DNA of 64,000 bases, taken from positions 62,001 to 126,000 of the forward strand of contig RQSC01001302.1 of the NCBI GenBank assembly GCA_013416795.1, given 5' to 3'. Positions 1 to 10,944 of the stretch are shown here, in pieces. How positions within the stretch are numbered: the stretch's first letter is position 1; each line of letters opens with the position of its first letter. Position numbers and translations under genes: made by a program. Source of the stretch: Prasinococcaceae sp. CCMP 1430. Lineage: Eukaryota; Plantae; Prasinodermophyta. A model generated the notes under the pieces. That model worked only from the letters and a program-made list of their open reading frames with translations. It had not been told where the DNA came from and ran no database searches.

Positions 1-1120
1 CACGTCCGAGCTGGTCGAAGTCGTGCTCGTAGCCGATGATGGGCCTCCTGTAGGGCGAGTCGAAGGCAGCCTCCAGGAATGCCTGCTGGAACTTGCCCTG
101 CGGTGAGTTGTCAACGCGCAGCCGCCGCTCCTCCTCGATGACCCCCTTCTCAGCGTACATGCCGCGGAAGACGGGCGCACGCAGGCGGTCGCTCTCGAGC
201 GCAAACCAGAGCTCGAGCTTATTGCTGGGAAGCGAGCAGTAGAACACGGTGGAGTCGAAGGAGGTCTCGGCGTTGAGGCCTACGCCGCCCTCGCGCTTGA
301 GCGTGGCACCGTACGCGTTTGGCAGCTCGTACACGGCCGCGGCTGCTTCGGTGCGCGCGAGCGCCTCCCGAAGCTCGCCCACTCGCCCCGCTGGCGCGCC
401 TTGGGCCACGGCGTCTCGTAGCGCATAGAAGGCCGCGTCGCAGTCGTCCAGCGCCAGGCGCTCTGCAGCAAAGTCGGTCGTGCCCAGCGTCTGCGTGCCC
501 TTGAACGCCAGGTGCTCGAGCAGGTGCGCGACGCCCGTCTCGCCCTCGCGCTCGTCGTACGCCCCCACGTCGGCATACATCTGCACTGAAAAGATGGGCG
601 CCTGGTGACGCTCGCACACAACGAAGCGCATGCCGTTGGGCAGCGCGAAGGTGGACACGCGCGACTCAAGTGCGAGCAACGTGGGCGAGCGCTCGACGGC
701 GGCCATATCCCCCGCCATCCTCTCGGCTGCAGCCGCAGGACTTGCCCCCGAGAGCACCGCCGCGGCCGCTGCGGCCGCAGCTGCCCCGCCTGCTTCGCGC
801 CGCGTCACGCCGCTTTTGCCACCGCCCCCGCCCCCGACGCCGCAGCATGCTGGCGCGCGACGGAGGGGGGGAAGGAGGCGAAGGGATCGAGGGAGGAAGG
901 AGGTGGCGGCGGCGGTGGTGGGGAGGCTGCTAGCGCAGCGAGCAGCGCGCGCTGCTCGAGAAGTGCTGCTAAGTAACGCGCCACGTTTGCACCCGATAGC
1001 TTCGCCAGTGTCGACATGGTGATCGACGTTCGAGCGCTGGCTGGCGGGGAGTTTGAGCGCCATCTCCACGGCCGCGCCGCCCGCCGTACGTGCACGGCCA
1101 GGCACGAGCTCTGACAACAT
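1..1120 (-). CDS. M16 family zinc metallopeptidase (bacterial/cyanobacterial type), 3' end runs off the window
   Basis: Hand translation: open frame from ATG 1120 (or 1063) to base 1. Contains STFALPNGMRFVVCERH, the inverted zinc motif HLLEH (GETGVAHLLEHLAFKGT), GGVGLNAETS and LELWFALESDRL..EEERRLRVDNSP. The N-terminus is transit-peptide-like and includes TRRE followed by an Ala run. Confidence 0.9.
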   Translation of the reverse strand, partial: MLSELVPGRARTAGGAAVEMALKLPASQRSNVDHHVDTGEAIGCKRGALLSSTSRAARAARCASSLPTTAAATSFLPRSLRLLPPLRRAPACCGVGGGGGGKSGVTRREAGGAAAAAAAAAVLSGASPAAAAERMAGDMAAVERSPTLLALESRVSTFALPNGMRFVVCERHQAPIFSVQMYADVGAYDEREGETGVAHLLEHLAFKGTQTLGTTDFAAERLALDDCDAAFYALRDAVAQGAPAGRVGELREALARTEAAAAVYELPNAYGATLKREGGVGLNAETSFDSTVFYCSLPSNKLELWFALESDRLRAPVFRGMYAEKGVIEEERRLRVDNSPQGKFQQAFLEAAFDSPYRRPIIGYEHDFDQLGR

Positions 1121-1299
1121 CACAACGACCAGCGCGCGCGCGCGCGCGCCGCGCAACGCGAGACTTCCTACCGGCGCAATAATAACAAAAAGCGTACCGC
1201 ATATTCAACAAAGAGGCCGCCTCGCAGCCTCGCGCTCACGCAACCGCACGCAGCCCTCGCAACCGCCCCTGCTCGACCTCTTGCCGGCATTAGGGGAAT

Positions 1300-2174
1300 C
1301 TACTGCGGGGGAAGGAACTTGTTCCACCAGTTGCTGTCGTACTTGTCGTACACCGCCGACCACTCGTCCTTGTACCCCTTCGCAGTGCGCTCCGGCCCCG
1401 GAGGCGGCGTCGCCTCGGGCGTGCGGTTGGCAGCAGTCAGCGTGGGGTTGGTGTCGTTCGACCTGAGCACATCCGCCACTTCGCCCGACGCAGTGAACTC
1501 CGCCTTGAGCACGCGATCCATGCGGAGTTTGATGAAGCTGCAAGCGCGCGTGCGTGCGAGCGGGCGGGCCCGCGCGGCAGCGTCGACGGTTGGAGAGCGG
1601 CACATCCGTCGCGCAGGCACCGCAGGCCACGAGAGTGGCAGGGGTCAGCACATGGCGGGAACTTCGGCACACGCGTCGGTGGCACATGCACAGCAGCAGC
1701 GCGACTGCCGTGCCGGCGTCGAGGGGGATGTGGCGTGCTGGGCACCGCAACAGGGGTGCAGCACCGCGCGCAGCGCGAGCGCGTGCACATAGGGTTTGCC
1801 CGGGCCCGAACGGGGCAGCCTGGGCTGGGGCGGCACGCCGGCAGCACGCGCATCGGGAGGCGATTCGCGCGCTCGCACTCACGTGAGCCACTCCTCATCG
1901 GTGGAGACGAAGGCCGCGCACGGGCGTGCGACGCGCTTGGCGACCTCGGGCATCGCGTCGAGGAAGGCCGGCTCGGGGACCACCCAGAAGTTCTGCTCGA
2001 TGCCATTGTCGGCGAGGTGGCGCGCGCGTTCGCGCAGCACCTCGACGATGTGCTCCTCCTCCTCAAGCATGAACTTGGCGTTGGCGATCACGAAGTGGTA
2101 TCGCACGGGTCCCGCGGGCGCGTCCGCCGCCGCCGCATCCGCCTCGGCGACGGCGCGCGCCCGCACCCCCGCGC
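1300..2174 (-). CDS. YCF54: Ycf54/LCAA, auxiliary subunit of Mg-protoporphyrin IX monomethyl ester cyclase; 5' end lost at N2175
   Basis: Exons 1883..2174 and 1300..1537; intron 1538..1882 (GTGAGT..TTGCAG). Spliced product reads YHFVIANAKFMLEEEEH..NFWVVPEPAFLD..VSTDEEWLT|FIKLRMDRV..YDKYDSNWWNKFL, matching the Ycf54 pattern. Confidence 0.92.
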
Positions 2175-2175
2175 N

Positions 2176-2357
2176 AGATCGTGACGCAGACGGAGGCCTG
2201 GAGCGGCCGCGAGCACCGCGCGGCGCTCGGACAGCTGGAGCTTGAATACGCCGCGGCGGCCGTCGAGGTGCTCGAGCTTGCGCAGCGGCGCCCGCAGAGC
2301 CGCCGCGCGCGGCCGCGGGGGAGATCTCGGATACACAGTTCTCACGTCCACGAGTAA
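2176..2357 (+). CDS. 3' fragment of an unidentified gene, truncated by N2175
   Basis: Open frame IVTQTEAWSGREHRAALGQLELEYAAAAVEVLELAQRR..HE* with high GC3 and G-rich first codon positions; TGTAA lies downstream near 2606. Confidence 0.35.
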
Positions 2358-3108
2358 TGTCTTTAGCTCAGTGACAACATCTTCTTCTTCTGCGACGCGA
2401 AAGAGGGGTGGAGTTCCCAGCCAGCCTGCGTCTTTCTGGGGCCGGCCGCGACACCAGACCAACCAACCAACGCCGCCCAAGCCCCGGATGCAGGTGCATC
2501 ACATCTCATCGTCAGATCATGGTTCGCTCGCACGCGGATCCGGATCCGGATCCGGAGCAATTGCAGGCGGCTGTGCACATGTGCGGTCGAATTGCGAACC
2601 CCGAACTGTAAACCCCAAAGCGGGCGGGGCGGGGCGGGGGGCCCGCCCAAGCCACGGATGACCGGTCGGCGCGTCGGTTTGGGTTCGGATTTGGGTTCTG
2701 GTCGTCGCTCGCATGCGCCACGGGCCTCCGAAGGGTCTGTGACCGAAGAATGCACGGAAAACCAGATACGATCGGCGACGGCCGTGGGAACTCGATGCAG
2801 GGGCAGAGGTCGTCAAATCGAAAGTTTCCATTTTTTTTGAAACTCCTTTCCGACCGTTGCCACGCCAGCGTTGTTAAAAAAAGCTGCATGCTGGGGCGCG
2901 CGCGCGCGCGCGCGCGCCACACCGCGCGCGGCGCGCTGGCACTGCGGGGGGAGGGGAGGGTGGGGTTGGGGGAGCGGGGGCGGGACGAGGCGGGGCGAGC
3001 GAGCGAAGGCGTGGGATCTCGTGAGGATCTGGCGCTCGCGGCCGCTCGGGCGCGCCACGCGCGCGCACGGAGGCGGGGCGGAGACAGGGGCCGCTCCCCG
3101 TGGGGGAC

Positions 3109-5320
3109 ATGGCGGCGCGCGGGCTCGAGCCCGGTGGCGCCATGGCGCAGCACCTCAACCTGGAGGACCTCATCGACCTTGGCGGCGAGAAGCGCGGCGA
3201 TGGCGAGGGTGGCGGGCTCAGCTCTAGTCCACTCCTGGCGGTGGACGCGGCCGCGGAGCAAACAGGCGCGGGCTGGTCGCTGCCCTTCGCGCCGAGCCCC
3301 ATGACTGGGGGCATCGAGCTTCTCCACTCGCCCACACCGCAGAAAGCGCCGCGCAGCGCGGCGCGCAGTGTTGAGCGCAGCAGGCTGGGTAACGGCTCCA
3401 ACACGCCGCTCGCGCCCATTAGCATGAACAAGCTCGACTCATCGCCCGCCGAGAGCGAGGACGAGGTGGTGATCCACGTCAAGGCCCGCGGCAAGACACC
3501 TGGTGCCAGGCGCAGGCAGAGGCGCTCCACGCTGTCGGCCACCGCGAGCGCCGACGCCAGCGCCGACGCTGTGCCACCAACGGGCAGGTCTCTCCTCGCA
3601 CAGAGCCCCATGCCTGCTGTGCAACATCCTGCTTCACTCAAGGTCGCCCTCAAGACCACTGAGGCCTGCGCCGCCAAGCCCAAGACCCCAGTGTCCACAA
3701 AGCCAGAGGAAGGCTCGAGCGTTCCGACTCTCGTCTCACACTTCGAGACCATTGCCACTACCCCCACAGGCGATGCTATCGACGCGGTGCCGCCCGCCGG
3801 CGGCAGCAAGCTGGCGCTCACCCCCATCGCTGGTGGCGCGGACGCGGCGGACGCGGTGGACGCTGTGCCGCCCGCCGGCGGCAGCAAGCTGGCGCTCACC
3901 CCCATCGCTGGTGGCGCGGACGCGGCGGACGCGGTGGACGCTGTGCCGCCCGCCGGCGGCAGCAAGCTGGCGCTCACCCCCATCGCTGGTGGCGCGGACG
4001 GCGGACGCGGCGGACGCTGTGCCGCCCGCCGGCGGCAGCAAGCTGGCGCTCACCCCCATCGCTGGCGGCGCGGACGCGGCGGACGCGGCGGACGCTGTGC
4101 CGCCCGCCGGCGGCAGCAAGCTGGCGCTCACCCCCATCGCTGGCGGCGCGGACGCGGCGGACGCGGCGGACGCTGTGCCGCCCGCCGGCGGCAGCAAGCT
4201 GGCGCTCACGCCGGAGGCTACGCCTGGAGTCGTCGAAGCGAAGCCCTTATCCTCGGTCACCTCGCCTGAGAACAAGGCCTCTCTCTCACGGCAGAGCGAG
4301 GCCATGTTGACGCCCGAAGCTGTGGCAAGCGCCGACGCCGATGCCGTGCCGCCTGCTGGTGGCAGCACGCTCGCGCTTACACCGATCATCGGGAACAACG
4401 CGGTGGATGCCGTGCCCCCTGCTGGTGGCAGCAGGCTCGCTGCCACGCCACCTGCGGCGCCTGCGGCCGCTGTCGGCAACGAGACCGCTCCCGAAGCGAC
4501 CGTTCCCGCGGGGACGCAGGAGCAGCAGCACGGATCGCCGGCCGAGCCTTCGCCACCTGTGCGCGAGCGCGCGATGACTCCAGAGGCGGTGACCAACGCG
4601 GACGAGAATGCTGTGCCACCCGCGGGCGGAAGCCGTCTCATGCTGACGCCGGTGGTAGCCGCCCCAAGAGCGCGCTGCATCGCCGGGGGCGGCACAGAGC
4701 AAGCGCAGGGCGAGTGCGCTGATGCCTGCGTCGACGCAGACACGGGTCCGTCGAGCCCCGTGGCGAGACATGCAAGCCCAGCGGGCGCGCAAGAAGCGAC
4801 TGGGACGCTGCCAGGGAAGGAGGTTGAGCGCGCGCGCCGCGAGGGTGAGAGCTCGATCGACTCGCCTGTACCGACCGGTGCGGAGGAGGAGCGTGCAGTT
4901 GCAAATGATGGATGCGGCGCAGACGTTGACATGATGGACGTCGACAGCCCTGCCCAATGCTCCTGCGACGAAGAGGCCGCTGCCGAGTCGGGTGCGTTGG
5001 TAGACGGTCAGGTCGCCGAGGTGGTGGCGCAGCTCGACCTCGATACTGCGGAAGCTGGCGAAGCAAAGACGCCCGACAACGATGACGTCGGCCCGGCCTC
5101 GCAGAGGGCCGCAGCGTGCACGGTCGAGGAGGGGGAAGGTTCTGGTAGCGACAACTTTGAGGCGTATCTTGAACGGATGATGTCCCGGGGTGGCGATCCG
5201 TTCGCGGCGGGCAAGTCCGCCATCGGCAACTCACCTGCGATCAAGGCGCCGCCCAACCCGTACACGCCCCTCCGCAAGAATAGGGGGCACGACCCGTACG
5301 CCTGCACCAAGCGGTTCTAG
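3109..5320 (+). CDS. Disordered S/T-P-rich protein with internal 26-aa repeats; 2-nt frameshift near 4000
   Basis: ORFs 3100..4269 and 3503..5320 overlap and switch frame inside the repeat. One unit is 76 nt instead of 78; restoring 2 nt gives a 737-aa ORF from ATG 3109. Confidence 0.75.
3787..4209 (+). repeat. 78-nt tandem repeat, about 5.5 near-identical copies (VPPAGGSKLALTPIAGGADAADAVDA)
   Basis: Unit starts at 3787, 3865, 3943, 4019, 4097 and 4175. Degenerate copies lie near 3570, 4345, 4410 and 4613. Confidence 0.97.
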
Positions 5321-6438
5321 AGACAGTAAGTGTGAGGCCGTCCAGCTCCCGTTCCTCCACCTCCGAGCGCACCTTCGCTCTCGCTGGCATCTCTTTCGCG
5401 CGCGGCACCGCGTGTGCGTGCGCACGTGCTATGTGCCCAGAGTGACCAGCCCGGGAGAGCGCGGGCTTTGTTGTCCGAGATATTTCTGCGCGCGTATCTT
5501 TGCGAATCCGCGGAGTTGACCCATCCAACACGCGCGATCAATCAGATGTGCACAGCGTCGCGGACGGAACGTGCCTGTCTGTGACTCCCAACGTCAGGGG
5601 CGCGTGCCAGACACGTGCCGGCGCACGTGTTCCGAGCTTTTGGTTTCGAGCATCCAACACTCGAGCGCAGCCGTGAGGCCTAACGAACTGCGCGCGTGTC
5701 ATTTTTCTATTTTTGAAGCCCGCACAGTGATCGACGATGCCCATTGCCGCCACGCGCGCGGCGCACGCGCAGCGCCCGTTCGCGAATTCACGGAACGGAT
5801 GCCCGCCAAATGCGCTCAGTTTTTTCGATTCCACAGGACTTGCCCCAGAAGGCCGCGGAACGCGCAGCGGAGTCGCCGCGGAACGACGAAGCGGCGCGTG
5901 CGCGGCACGCACGCGCCGGGCCCGCCGCGTCAGCGCCGGCGTGCAGACCTGCGCTCGGCGCCGCGCACGTGCGTCAGCCATGCTGGCGCAACTGCAATTG
6001 GGCCATGGCGCGTGCCCGCATCGCCAGCCCGCACGCGTGCCGAGGCGCCCTGCCCGTGCTGGGTGCAGTCTGCGTTTTACCGAGAACTTTACGCGGCGGC
6101 GGGAATGACGGCACACGGTAGCGGCGCCAGACCGGCCCACGACAGCGGGGCGGAGGTACGTGGTGTGCACGCGATGCAGTCCTGCGATGAGAGGTCCTAG
6201 ACGGGCGCTGGCATGTGCCCGTGGGTGGTGTGTCGCGCGGCTCCTCCCTCGGGCGCCCGCAACGCTGAGCAATGGCCCGTCGTCCGCTGCGCGCGCAAGC
6301 GTTGGGTTGTCGTTCGTGGACTCCCTGACACGCCGTCCCATGTCATCCTTCCCCTCACGCACCTATCCCTGCCCTTTCAGTGGCGCGTGAGCGACAGTAC
6401 CTGACAACCCACCATCGTACTTGGCTGCTGAAGTCACC

Positions 6439-9400
6439 ATGGCGATCCAGCGCGCCGGGCGGACGATCCCGGTGCTGCCACTGCCCGTTCTGGCAGTGAG
6501 CGCGCTCGCCGCGGCCGTGGCTTTCCTGGTCGTGCCTACTGCGGAGGCGCAAGACGTTCAGGTGCGTACGGGCCCGCTTTGTGAGTGTCGTGTAGCGCAT
6601 GCCTCTGATCAGTCAGTGGCTGGTCGTATCGCGCTGTGCTGACGCGCGGGCGCACTTCGTCCTTCAATCGCCCCCCCTCGCACCTCCGCACGGCACACAC
6701 GCAGGTGCTGCAGCCTGTGCAGCAGCTGCACCACGCCGACGGCGCGGCGAACGAGTCCTTGGGGGGCAGAACGGAGGTGAGCGTGTGTAGACATACCGTG
6801 CCGTATCGAACGGCGTTGCTTCACGGGTTCCAGTGCATTTATGTGACAGCAGACAGAAGCGGGCAGCATTAATCATAGCGTCCTAGTCTGCCCGCATACG
6901 TGCCGCCCGTGCCTGACCACTTCTCCTGCCCTTCGCCTCGTTTTGTGCTCCCCCTCTTCCCTCCTACACCGTTCGCCTCCCCTGCGCCCCCCCCCTTTCC
7001 TTCCCACCGCCGCGCGAGCAGATCTCCGGCGACCTGTTGATCCTCGGTTCTGATCAGTACCACGACGTCGATGACATGGGCGGTACGCTGGCCTGGATCT
7101 TCGAACGCGATCCCGACGACGGTCTTTTCAAAGAGGTGAGGGCGATGGAAAGCGCGCAGCGCGTCGTGTGGCCGTCCCCCCGCTTGCCGCGCGTGCTTGT
7201 CGTGTCGACCACCAGACTCGACCGACATGCAACAGCTAACTCGTTTCGATACGCACCACGACATTGCTTGCTTTCAGGTCAGCCGCATCGAACTCCCTGT
7301 CGCCGTTGACGACGACTTTCGCCTCGGCCAGTGGGTCGACGTCGACAACCAGACCAAGACGGCCATCGTCGGATCACCGAGGACCTTCGTCAGCCCTGGT
7401 GACGGTGGCCTCGTTGGCGTCGCCATCGTGTTCGAGCAAGATGAGAACGGGGATTTTGTCCAAGGGGCCGTTCTGAGCCCGAACGACGGCGTAAGTGGGG
7501 CAAGATTTGGTGCCACGGTCGCGATAAACGATGGCACGGCGCTCGTCGGCGCCCCGTACATGTACTGCGAGGGCGAGGGCGGAGGATTCAACAACACTTG
7601 GGTCGAGACCGTCTTTTATGACAGTGTCGACTATGACTATCCGACCGCGGACGAATGGGCCGAGGGCGCCCAGCTGTGCGGTGCAGTGTACGTATTCGAA
7701 CAGGACGCGGGCGGGAACTGGTCCCAGACCGCCAAGCTCACTACTAGCGACATCAGCCCCGGCGACCGCCTGGGGTATGGCGCCAAGCTTTCTGGTGACA
7801 CCGCTATCCTGTCCGCCCCCGGCGAGGACGGCAACCGCGGTGCCGCCTACGTCTTCGAACGCGGCCCGGATGGCGTGTGGACGGAGCAGCACAAGTTCGC
7901 GCACAACTACGCCACAGAGGGACAGACCCTGGGACATTGGGGCGAGATCATCGACTTCGACCATGAAACCATGGTATTCTCCACGGTATGGATCAACAGC
8001 ACGCACGTCTTCCAAAAGCAGGGCACCGCGTGGCCGGAGACCGAGACCATCCCCAAACCAGAGGGGCTAGACGGTTGGTTTGCTAGCGCTGCCAGTGTGA
8101 GCGGGGACTGGGCACTTTTCGATTCATCTTTCTCGCCGAAGTACGAGTCTGCGTACCTTTACCACCGCTCATGCGGCAACTGGACGCTCGTTGCCACTCT
8201 CGAGGTTCCCCAGGACCTGGAGGGGGACCCGGCAGCGCTGCGCCGTGCCATGCTGTCTGGCGACACCGCCGTCATCAGCATCCCAGCCTCACACCACAAC
8301 GGTCTCGAAGATCACGGAACGGCATTCATCTACGAGCTGCCGCCGCTTGTGAACGAGTGTGCCGTCTGCGAAGAGCAAGAGGCCGCTCTTACGACTGAGC
8401 TCGCCTCGATGCAGGTGGCGGCCCGCGCTGCCAGCGCGCCGTCAGAGCCTGCTCAGCTGAACGGAGACCAGCTCCTGCACGCAGAGGGCGAGGCCAACGA
8501 CAACTTTGGCAGGGCCACGGCCATGAGTGGCGGTGAGTGCGCGCGGCTGAGTTATAGTGAGGGCGCTATTAGGTTGGGAGCACTCGGTTTGTTGCGCCCG
8601 CGTGCGACCTGCGGCGGTCCTCGGAACAGTGCATTTCACTGACACCGTGTATTTCCCGCACTTGTTTCTTGAAATGTCGCAGACTACGCGCTCGTCGGTG
8701 GGTGGGGCGCAGACAACGGCACGGGTGCCGCGTGGGTCTTCGAACGCCAACCAAGCGGCGAGTGGGCGCAGGTGGCCAGCCTTCAGCACAGCGACGCGCA
8801 GGACGAAGATCGTTTTGGCCTGTATCTCGACATTTCTGGCGACACTGCCCTCGTTGGAGCTCCACGCAGCGACCTCAATGCAAGCGTGCCTGACGTTGGA
8901 GCTGTCTACGCGTACACGCGTGACCCGTCCACAGGGGAATGGAGTGAGACCGCCAAGTTGCAGCCCGACGACCTCAAGGCGGGTGGGCTCTTCGGGCACG
9001 ACACCAGCATCGACGGCGACACTGCTGTCATCGGCGCCGGCTGGCATCCTTGCGAGGGCTTCGAAGTCAACGAGACCGAAGGCGCCGAAGGTCAGGCATG
9101 TGGTGCCGCTTATGTCTTCGAGCGTGATTCCGCGGGCGCGTGGACGCAGACGGCCAAGCTGCAGCCCAAGGAGCTCCCGGTGGCAGGCGATGGCTTTGGC
9201 CTCGTCACAGCTGTCTCGGGAGACACAGCGATGGTGGCATCCTCCCTTCACCGCGACGGGCGCGGGGCAGTATACGTGTTCGAGCGGCAGTCCACTGGGG
9301 AATGGCTTGCGACGGACAAGCTGCTGCACTCGTATGGGACAAGTGCTGCTGGCCGCTTCAGCGAGGTGGTTCTCGACGGCGACACAGCCGTGATTGTGTC

Positions 9401-10101
9401 CATCGGTGCCGGCGATGGTTTCGGAGCTGGTATTGTCTTCGTTCGCGCTGGCTCGACTTGGAGCGAGCAGACGATGCTCGTGCCCGCCAGTCCCACGCTG
9501 GGGCAGGTTGTGATATCGGCAGCCCTGGACGGCGATCTCGTCGTGCTCGGCGCCCCAATGATGGTGTCGCCCGATGGGCCCGATGGAGTCACCGATGGCG
9601 CTGCGTTTGCCTTTCACCGCAGCTGCGGTCTCTGGACCCAGATTGCGACGATGGGCGTCGCTGACGGCGTACATGACGGCCAGTTCGGCCGCAACGTAGC
9701 GGCGAGCGGTGACACAGGTGCGATCTACATTTCCCAGCGCTCTCTGTCTTTGTCGCGCGAGCCAGCGCGCGCGTCCCCACGCGCTGCATGCGCAAGCGCC
9801 GCTGATAGGGTTGCTCACTACTGACGGTGGGCGCGTCACACGCGTTGCATTTGTTCTCCCTCGGGCAGTGATGGTCGGCGCCCCCAAGTTCAACCACTCG
9901 CCCGATGAAGGCAACAGCACATCGCTGGAAGCGCACGGCGCCGTGTATGCTTTCAACGACCTGGCGTTACCGTCGGACGCGTGCGCGTCGGATTGCAACG
10001 CCTCCGTGGCCGCGAGTGTCAAAGTGGTCAGCCCGCGCACGCTCGCTGATTGCCAGGGACGCGTTGCAGAGCTCGAGTGCGACCTGGCCGCTCTCCAGTG
10101 A
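6439..10101 (+). CDS. Secreted FG-GAP-repeat (integrin-alpha-like beta-propeller) protein, about 943 aa
   Basis: Exons 6439..6561, 6705..6776, 7022..7135, 7278..8532, 8683..9717 and 9869..10101 join in frame through GT-AG introns. Hydrophobic signal ends in AEA-Q. Many GxxFGxxVAIxGDTAxxGAP..GAxYVFER..GxWxQxAKL repeats. Confidence 0.88.
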
Positions 10102-10430
10102 GGTCGACAGGCTCGATACAGAAGATCGCCTCAAGCGCGCCGACGGACAGATGGAGAGGTGGCAAGCGCTAGTAGCGTGCCTGAGCCTGGCTTGCTAGCA
10201 TAGGCGCGCAGGTATGAGGACGCAAAAGATGACCCTCGCGTGAACTTGCTCGTTGTCCTTCGAAGAAGCACCTGAAGTGCCAACGACCTCTGCACTTCGT
10301 ACCCCAACCCTCGCGAGCGCGCGCTTGCGCGGCGGCGCGCGCTGCGTGTCTCTGCCTGCCCCGGGAAAGGGCCGAGAGGGCCGCGGCTGCAGCCAGCGTC
10401 TGCCGGCCCGAGCAGAACCAGAGCCAACGC

Positions 10431-10476
10431 GTCGCATTCGCCGCATTCGTCGCATTCGCCGCATTTGTGCGCATTC
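10431..10476. repeat. 9-nt repeat GYCGCATTY x4 plus a fifth CGCATTC
   Basis: gtcgcattc gccgcattc gtcgcattc gccgcattt gtgcgcattc, about 470 bp upstream of the GPDH ATG. Confidence 0.85.
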
Positions 10477-10944
10477 GGTCGTCGCTTCCGATGATTTATC
10501 TCTCATTTAAACATATCGCACGGCGAAAATTTCTTGTGCAGCACGTCTCCATCAAAACGCTTGCGCCCCGGGTGCGCGGCGCTCGCGGTCGAAACGAGAG
10601 GCAGTGGCACGCGCGCGACCGATCGCACCCGGTGCGCCCCGGCGCCTGCCCGTGCGCTGCGGAGCGCGGGCGTGTGTGTGTGTCGGGTGGGTGGCTGGGT
10701 GTTGCGCGGCACAAGGCGGCCGGACCGCGGAGGCGGCCGCCGGCCCCGCGCGCGTCCGATCGGTGCGGCGCTCCGCGCGGGCCAGGCGGGGCGTCCCGCG
10801 CGCGAGAGGGGGGACGGAGGCGGGCAGCCGCGAGGGAAGGCGGTGGAGGCAGCGCCCCCGTGCGCTCTCGAACGGCAGAGCCCGAGGGCACGGCAGGAGG
10901 TGTGTGTGTGTGTGTGGGGGGGGGGGGGTAGAAAGGGAAGGGCG

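Noticed and set aside
3787-4209. Tandem array as CRISPR or satellite
   Set aside because: No unique spacers; the unit is a multiple of 3 and lies within a CDS.
10099-10101. TGA as selenocysteine in the FG-GAP gene
   Set aside because: Read-through gives no recognisable sequence, the context is not a redox motif, and no SECIS is evident.
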